Positions 59,157 through 64,000 of a stretch of 64,000 nt of DNA are shown piece by piece. The DNA is from Syntrophorhabdaceae bacterium (GTDB lineage Bacteria; Desulfobacterota; Syntrophorhabdia; Syntrophorhabdales; Syntrophorhabdaceae). The DNA lies in assembly GCA_963665295.1 (NCBI GenBank), contig OY762209.1:416001-480000 (forward strand), in the 5' to 3' direction. Within the stretch, counting starts at the first letter, position 1; each line of letters begins with the position of its first letter. Below the pieces are notes generated by a model, which worked only from the letters and a program-made list of their open reading frames with translations, was not told where the DNA came from and did no database searches. The translations under genes and the position numbers were made by a program.

Positions 59157-59924
59157 ATGAAATACACGGAAGCAATCCAACGGATTGATACGGAGAAAGC
59201 TTTAACCTATCTCGGATATACGATCAAGAAGGACGGCGGCTATCTTAGATTCCCTTGCATTGATTGCGGAAGTGAAAGCGCCATCAAGTATTATGGAGAA
59301 AAGAAGAACGTCGCCTATTGTTCCACCTGCAAGGCCGGAACGAATATAATCGCAATGGCGGTTAAACTAAAAGGCATGGAGTTTCAGGAGGCCAAGAAAC
59401 TTCTGGTAGAGAAAACGGCCGCGACCGAAGAGCCTCTCCAGGAGAAACTGGGTCTTAAGTATGAGCTGGAGTATACCCTTGAAATGGAGAAGGAGGGACT
59501 CAGCAAGGAACTATGTGAGACGATAGGAGTCGGAAGGCCTAAAGGCAAGACGATGCTCTCGGGATGTATCGCCTTCACCGTCCACAATGAGGCCGGGCTA
59601 AAAATCGCTTACTACGGTATCAGAATATCTGACCGGCGTCCCAAGTTCCACCAGTCGTTTAACCCGGAACTTTACCTGTTTGCCTATCACGCCGCCGACA
59701 AGGGCGAGGAGGTTCTCGTGACGACCGACATGTTTTCCTGCGTGCGCCATTTAGCCGAAGGAAAACAGTCGGTGTGCAACTTCGGGCTCCCCTACCTTTC
59801 GACGAGGCAAATACAACTACTTTCCCCGTTTCCGCTCATAACCTTCGAATGGCTCTTTACTGACAAAAAGGACGTCATGCTCAACGTAGCGCAAAACCTC
59901 AAGGCGTATCACCGCTTTTTGTAA
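59157..59924 (+). CDS. Primase-like protein with N-terminal zinc finger
   Basis: CIDC...CSTCKAGTNII...GMEFQEA; IAFTVHN-x-x-G-x-x-IAYYG; degenerate TOPRIM. Confidence 0.7.
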   Translation: MKYTEAIQRIDTEKALTYLGYTIKKDGGYLRFPCIDCGSESAIKYYGEKKNVAYCSTCKAGTNIIAMAVKLKGMEFQEAKKLLVEKTAATEEPLQEKLGLKYELEYTLEMEKEGLSKELCETIGVGRPKGKTMLSGCIAFTVHNEAGLKIAYYGIRISDRRPKFHQSFNPELYLFAYHAADKGEEVLVTTDMFSCVRHLAEGKQSVCNFGLPYLSTRQIQLLSPFPLITFEWLFTDKKDVMLNVAQNLKAYHRFL

Positions 59925-59929
59925 AAGAC

Positions 59930-59964
59930 AAAGGAAGCTGGATAAATTTTTCCAACTTCCTTTT
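59930..59964. terminator. Probable bidirectional terminator between convergent genes
   Basis: AAAGGAAGCTGGA...TCCAACTTCCTTT imperfect inverted repeat. Confidence 0.55.
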
Positions 59965-59983
59965 TAATTTGAAAGTTCTATTT

Positions 59984-60475
59984 CTAGCCCATCCGGTTAA
60001 AAGCAACCATCCCTGCGGCTATAGCCTCAAACATCCGGACATAGTACGGATGTTTATGCTTCTTTTCCCTCTCAAGCTCTTTTCCCAAGAACGGGTACCG
60101 GCTTGCAACCAACGAAGCTATAGACATTTTGTTGATCCTTGCTCCGGCCGATAGCTGATCCTTCAGACTGTCGAGAGAATAAAGATGAAGCATAACCCTT
60201 TCTCTGCACGCCAGGTTTGCAATTGATCTTGCCAGATAATCCAGGTTACTCGAACTTCTTGATAAATGAAGCCTTTTGAGCACAAGCAAATTGACCCTGT
60301 AACGGTTAATCAGGGTCAGAAGCGTTGACTCCACGCTTTTCATTTTCTTTAAGGACCATTTGCCCTTGAGTACTCTAACATTCCAATAGACCAGATCAGG
60401 AGCCTGAAAAACAGCGACACCCATGTATTTGGTCCCCGGATTAACGGCCAAGATGATAAGTGATTCTCTATTCAT
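59984..60475 (-). CDS. RuvC/RNase H-fold protein, catalytic residues altered
   Basis: ILAVNPGTKYMGVAV (cf. ILGIDPG), NK motif, FEAIAAG. Confidence 0.65.
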   Translation of the reverse strand: MNRESLIILAVNPGTKYMGVAVFQAPDLVYWNVRVLKGKWSLKKMKSVESTLLTLINRYRVNLLVLKRLHLSRSSSNLDYLARSIANLACRERVMLHLYSLDSLKDQLSAGARINKMSIASLVASRYPFLGKELEREKKHKHPYYVRMFEAIAAGMVAFNRMG

Positions 60476-60562
60476 GTTTTTTGCCAGATGAAAGAAGGCG
60501 AGGCGTCTTTAAGAAAATCGTTTTTCGTCACGATGTTTGCCACGATATCCAGAATTGTTGGC

Positions 60563-60859
60563 CTATTCAGGCAATAATCCCGTTCTCGCTTCCAACCGAT
60601 TTCGGCGGGCTTGAATCTCCTTTCTCAGTGCCCGCAGAAGGTCTATGTACAGAGCATCTGCCATAGTGTGGTAAAGTGCCGCCAGACGAAAGATATTCAC
60701 CGGACTTGGAAAGCGTGAACCTTGTTCCCAACGCGAGATCATTCCGGTACTTTTCACTCCCAAAAGAAGTGCTACTTGTTTTTGCGTATAGCCGCTCATC
60801 TTCCGGAATCTTCTTAGACTGTTAGGGATGACCCTGTAATTTATTTTGCCTTCCTCCAT
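60563..60859 (-). CDS. XRE-family HTH regulator
   Basis: LRRFRK...TQKQVALLLG...ISRWEQG-x-RFP. Confidence 0.88.
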   Translation of the reverse strand: MEEGKINYRVIPNSLRRFRKMSGYTQKQVALLLGVKSTGMISRWEQGSRFPSPVNIFRLAALYHTMADALYIDLLRALRKEIQARRNRLEARTGLLPE

Positions 60860-61012
60860 TTTTTTACCTCTTGTTATAGTCTAAAGATAGCATTAATCCG
60901 GATTTGCATTAAGGGAGGAATTGTTGCCTAATACGGCAAAGGCCAAATCATTTGCCTTTTCCGTATAATTTGCCCTTCTTACTTCTATTCCTTCATCTGA
61001 TAAACTCAAATC

Positions 61013-61936
61013 ATGGAGATAAAGAATGAACTAATTAAATTAGCGGAAGAATGTTTTCAATACGCCAGGATAACTGACGAGCTCTGCAATTCGACTATAA
61101 GGAAATATCGCTACTCGATCAGGCGATTCGCCAATGCCGGGATTGGCAAGAATCTCGAAGATTTGAGCAATTCTGATTTCTTTCAGTTTATGGTCAAAAT
61201 GAAAGAAAGAAACGTGAGCAATTCCAGTATTGCCAATATAATCGCCGCCGTTAAATGGGTATTGACCAAACTACAAGCGAGCGGCATGGTCTTTGCCAGA
61301 CTAAACCTCTCAGACATCAAGAAACCGAAGGCCAGAAAGAAAGAGACAAATTACTTGACCGAAGAAGAAGTCCGAAGGTTCCTCGATACCATAGCCAAAG
61401 ATATGGCAAAGAACCAGACAGTGAGGAATATCAGATTTATGGCCTTCACTGTGGCTCTATTGCAAACCGGCGCTCGCATTGGAGAGGTTCTGTCAATAGA
61501 TATCGCCGATATTGACCGTCATAACGGGGAGGTAAGAGTCATAGGAAAAGGCAGGAAGCCCCGGACGTTGTTCCTCAGGAAAGAAACGCTGAACTGGATA
61601 GACCGATACTTGTCTACCAGGAGAGACAGCGAACCAGCTCTGTTTGCCACGCAAGACGGAAAATCGAGATGGAAGCAAACTGATGTCGGGAGATCGTTTC
61701 GACGGTACAAACGGTTGTCCGGTATAAAGAAAGACTTCGTGATCCACACTTTCAGGCATACTTTCGCAACACAGTATCTTATGAAGGGTGCGGGTATAAA
61801 CGTGGTTCAGACCGCGCTTGGCCATTCAGACGCCGTCACAACTCTGAAGTACTATGCGGCAGCAGTTGAAAAATCGAAGGTCAGAGAAATGATAAACGAT
61901 AAACACTTTGACTTCATCCCAAGGTCAAACCTTTGA
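61013..61936 (+). CDS. Tyrosine recombinase (XerC/D-like)
   Basis: TGARIGE, GKG-x-K-x-R, HTFRH, LGH, Y. Confidence 0.93.
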   Translation: MEIKNELIKLAEECFQYARITDELCNSTIRKYRYSIRRFANAGIGKNLEDLSNSDFFQFMVKMKERNVSNSSIANIIAAVKWVLTKLQASGMVFARLNLSDIKKPKARKKETNYLTEEEVRRFLDTIAKDMAKNQTVRNIRFMAFTVALLQTGARIGEVLSIDIADIDRHNGEVRVIGKGRKPRTLFLRKETLNWIDRYLSTRRDSEPALFATQDGKSRWKQTDVGRSFRRYKRLSGIKKDFVIHTFRHTFATQYLMKGAGINVVQTALGHSDAVTTLKYYAAAVEKSKVREMINDKHFDFIPRSNL

Positions 61937-61969
61937 TGTAGTTTGCATTGCAGCCGCGCCCAGGAAGAT

Positions 61970-63457
61970 CTATGCTTTTGATGCTGACGGTTTATTGTCA
62001 TTTCTGGCATCAATCAGAACTATATATTTCTCCCCCAACAGACCAAGCTCGGTCAAGACCTTGCGAGTCTTCATCTCCTCTTCTTCCGTGAAAAAGAGGA
62101 TCACCTTGATTGCCTTGTTGGTGTCATGAGCTTTCTTATATATCTCTACTTGCTTCTCCAAGTTCTGCTTCAATTTTGAATTGCTCGCAAGCTTGAATTC
62201 CACTAACGACTTGTCCGAAGATCCTCTCGATATTTTGAAATCGACCGGACCCCGACCTTCATTGGCCTCTCGGGTCACATCAGAAGGTGTTGCATACCAT
62301 GTCAACCTGAACATTATCTGAAGGTCTTGTTCTCTCTTTATCGGTAGACCTCTCTGGTAAAAAATACGATAACCATCTTTGTTTTCAATGACATTCTTGA
62401 GAAACTGGACGCGCTGATAGGATTCTTCCAAGGTCTCCGCCGGCGTCTCATAGAAACCAGATTCGCGGAACAAACTCTCAATGAACCCTGACAGTTCGGT
62501 TACAAAAAGCGTCTGAATTTCTAGCACTCTTTCCTTGCTTATCGATCTTGCGTCATCGCCATGTTCTTCTTTATAGCGAATGTAGTAGTCTATAAATGCA
62601 GGATACTTTGAAACGACAGCCCAAATGGCTGCGGCAATTTCTTTCTTCTTCGGTGCCTTTTCAGTACCTCGCTTTGTGCGTTCCGGGCGAGGCAGGTTTG
62701 AGAGGAAGTAATGATTCATCTGATCTCTTAATTCCTCGTTAGAGACGGACGCGACAATATCATGGAAATCATCTATGATATCAGGCTTATTGATCCACGT
62801 TTCATCTTTCGTGAGTATGTCTTTTGGTGTGAGCAAAACAAAGTCATTATTGTACGAGGGCAGGTAATAGGTTCCTTTCTTCCATGATTCAGTTTGGTAA
62901 TCAAAACCGATTCTCGGGATAGCAAAAGCCTTGCACTTCGACTGGTCTATATGTTTCCGTGCAAATGCCTGAGTGTATTCTAGAAGGTAAGATTTTATGA
63001 GGTTAACAGTAAAATCACTGATGTTGTCGCGGCCTACTCCATCTTTAACAAGACACAATTTTTCCAGATGACTGCTGTAGGTAATCGTCTCTTGGCCGAA
63101 ATCAGCAAAGATAACACGAAGGTTTCTATTCAAGGCTTTCGCGAAATCAATGCCTAAGCCGCTTCCTCCATTTCCCGCTAGACTATAGCCGAGCCAGTTT
63201 TGCTTAACTTCTGAAAAGAAAAACCACGACCTCAGCAGTCCTGGCCGTATTCCCTCTTCTATCGATTTGTCACGAAGAAACCGGACATACTCAAGAATTT
63301 GCCCATGTAAAGCCTGATACTGCTCTTTCTCGCTGTTGAAGAGCAAGAACGGGTCCACAAACAGGGGCAGATCGTTGATGAGGGAAATATTGAAAGCGCC
63401 ATATCCTTCTATTATGGCCGGATCGACATCGAAGATATCTGAGAAGTATACATCCAT
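61970..63457 (-). CDS. Uncharacterised protein with C-terminal PD-(D/E)xK nuclease motif
   Basis: E-x-N-x-GRGPVDF...LVEFKLA...QVEIY; N-terminal DLPLFVDPFLLF. Confidence 0.7.
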   Translation of the reverse strand: MDVYFSDIFDVDPAIIEGYGAFNISLINDLPLFVDPFLLFNSEKEQYQALHGQILEYVRFLRDKSIEEGIRPGLLRSWFFFSEVKQNWLGYSLAGNGGSGLGIDFAKALNRNLRVIFADFGQETITYSSHLEKLCLVKDGVGRDNISDFTVNLIKSYLLEYTQAFARKHIDQSKCKAFAIPRIGFDYQTESWKKGTYYLPSYNNDFVLLTPKDILTKDETWINKPDIIDDFHDIVASVSNEELRDQMNHYFLSNLPRPERTKRGTEKAPKKKEIAAAIWAVVSKYPAFIDYYIRYKEEHGDDARSISKERVLEIQTLFVTELSGFIESLFRESGFYETPAETLEESYQRVQFLKNVIENKDGYRIFYQRGLPIKREQDLQIMFRLTWYATPSDVTREANEGRGPVDFKISRGSSDKSLVEFKLASNSKLKQNLEKQVEIYKKAHDTNKAIKVILFFTEEEEMKTRKVLTELGLLGEKYIVLIDARNDNKPSASKA

Positions 63458-63531
63458 ATTTTTTTCATTATGGCATATCTCTCGAAAATAGCAACGTATT
63501 TTTGCTGTTATAGACAGAAGGTCCTGTAACA

Positions 63532-64000
63532 TTAGTCGGCAAAATTCATATACTCCTTGTGCGCCTTCTTCGCCAGCGCCTTATCCACACCCAAATAATA
63601 CTTGCAGGTGGTATCAAGCCTCTCATGACCGAGAATTTCTTTAACATGGACAATAGGGCAGCCATTGAATACCAGATTGGTGGCCACAGTGTGGCGGAGA
63701 ATATGAGGCGTGAGTTTCTTTACGATCCCGGCCTTCACGCGATGTCTTCTGAAAAACCTCCACATATCGCCAGGAGTGAGCCTTCGGGGATTGCCACTGG
63801 TAACAAAAACTGCCTCATATGTATCATGACGGCATTCCAAGTATCTGCGTATCCATTCAAGAGCCCTCGCGGTAAAGAACACGGTCCTTTCTTTGTTGCC
63901 TTTCCCGACAATTTTTGCCTCCCTTTTGCCCCATTGGATGTCTTTGCGGTTAAGCGATAAGACCTCGCTGATCCTCATTCCGGTTCCCAGTATGGTTTCG
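63532..64000 (-). CDS. Tyrosine recombinase, C-terminal part (runs off window)
   Basis: TGMRISE, GKGNKER, HILRH, LGH, Y. Confidence 0.9.
   Translation of the reverse strand, partial: ETILGTGMRISEVLSLNRKDIQWGKREAKIVGKGNKERTVFFTARALEWIRRYLECRHDTYEAVFVTSGNPRRLTPGDMWRFFRRHRVKAGIVKKLTPHILRHTVATNLVFNGCPIVHVKEILGHERLDTTCKYYLGVDKALAKKAHKEYMNFAD

Larger units (their letters stand above)
58724..64000. mobile_element. Edge of a tRNA-Arg-targeted integrative element (continues beyond window)
   Basis: Adjoins the tRNA fragment, lower GC, two tyrosine recombinases, primase-like gene. Confidence 0.75.

Noticed and set aside
59984..60475. TnpB/IscB/Cas12-like RNA-guided nuclease
   Set aside because: Only 163 aa, no zinc finger or bridge helix, first catalytic Asp absent, no adjacent array

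Overview
The window has three blocks. (1) 1-16.8 kb: a minus-strand chemotaxis and two-component cluster (cheB, cheD, cheR, cheW, soluble poly-HAMP MCP, MBL-fold hydrolase, CheR-like, cheA, cheY, STAS, response regulators, PAS kinases). It is partly decayed: cheY and cheD have in-frame internal deletions and one kinase is frameshifted. The MCP carries about 8.4 apparently identical 273-bp repeats. (2) 17275-58530: an apparently complete ~41.3-kb Mu-like transposable prophage with a contractile tail, inserted in an IS4-like transposase remnant. It is flanked by TTACGG duplications and lacks canonical TG...CA ends. (3) 58680-64000: the 3' part of a tRNA-Arg(UCG) acting as a probable att site, followed by the edge of a lower-GC integrative element (primase-like, RuvC-like, XRE, two convergent tyrosine recombinases around a PD-(D/E)xK-type nuclease). 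The most unusual signals are in the prophage: stacked repeat-bounded cassettes in the early operon that each encode an antisense Zn-ribbon protein while sense-strand translational coupling is kept; two virion-fibre genes with Sec-type signal peptides; a MuF-HExxH toxin with a convergent, leaderless immunity candidate under its own consensus promoter; and a multi-stem RNA candidate before the lysis/late operon. All family calls come from motif recognition and gene order, not database searches.
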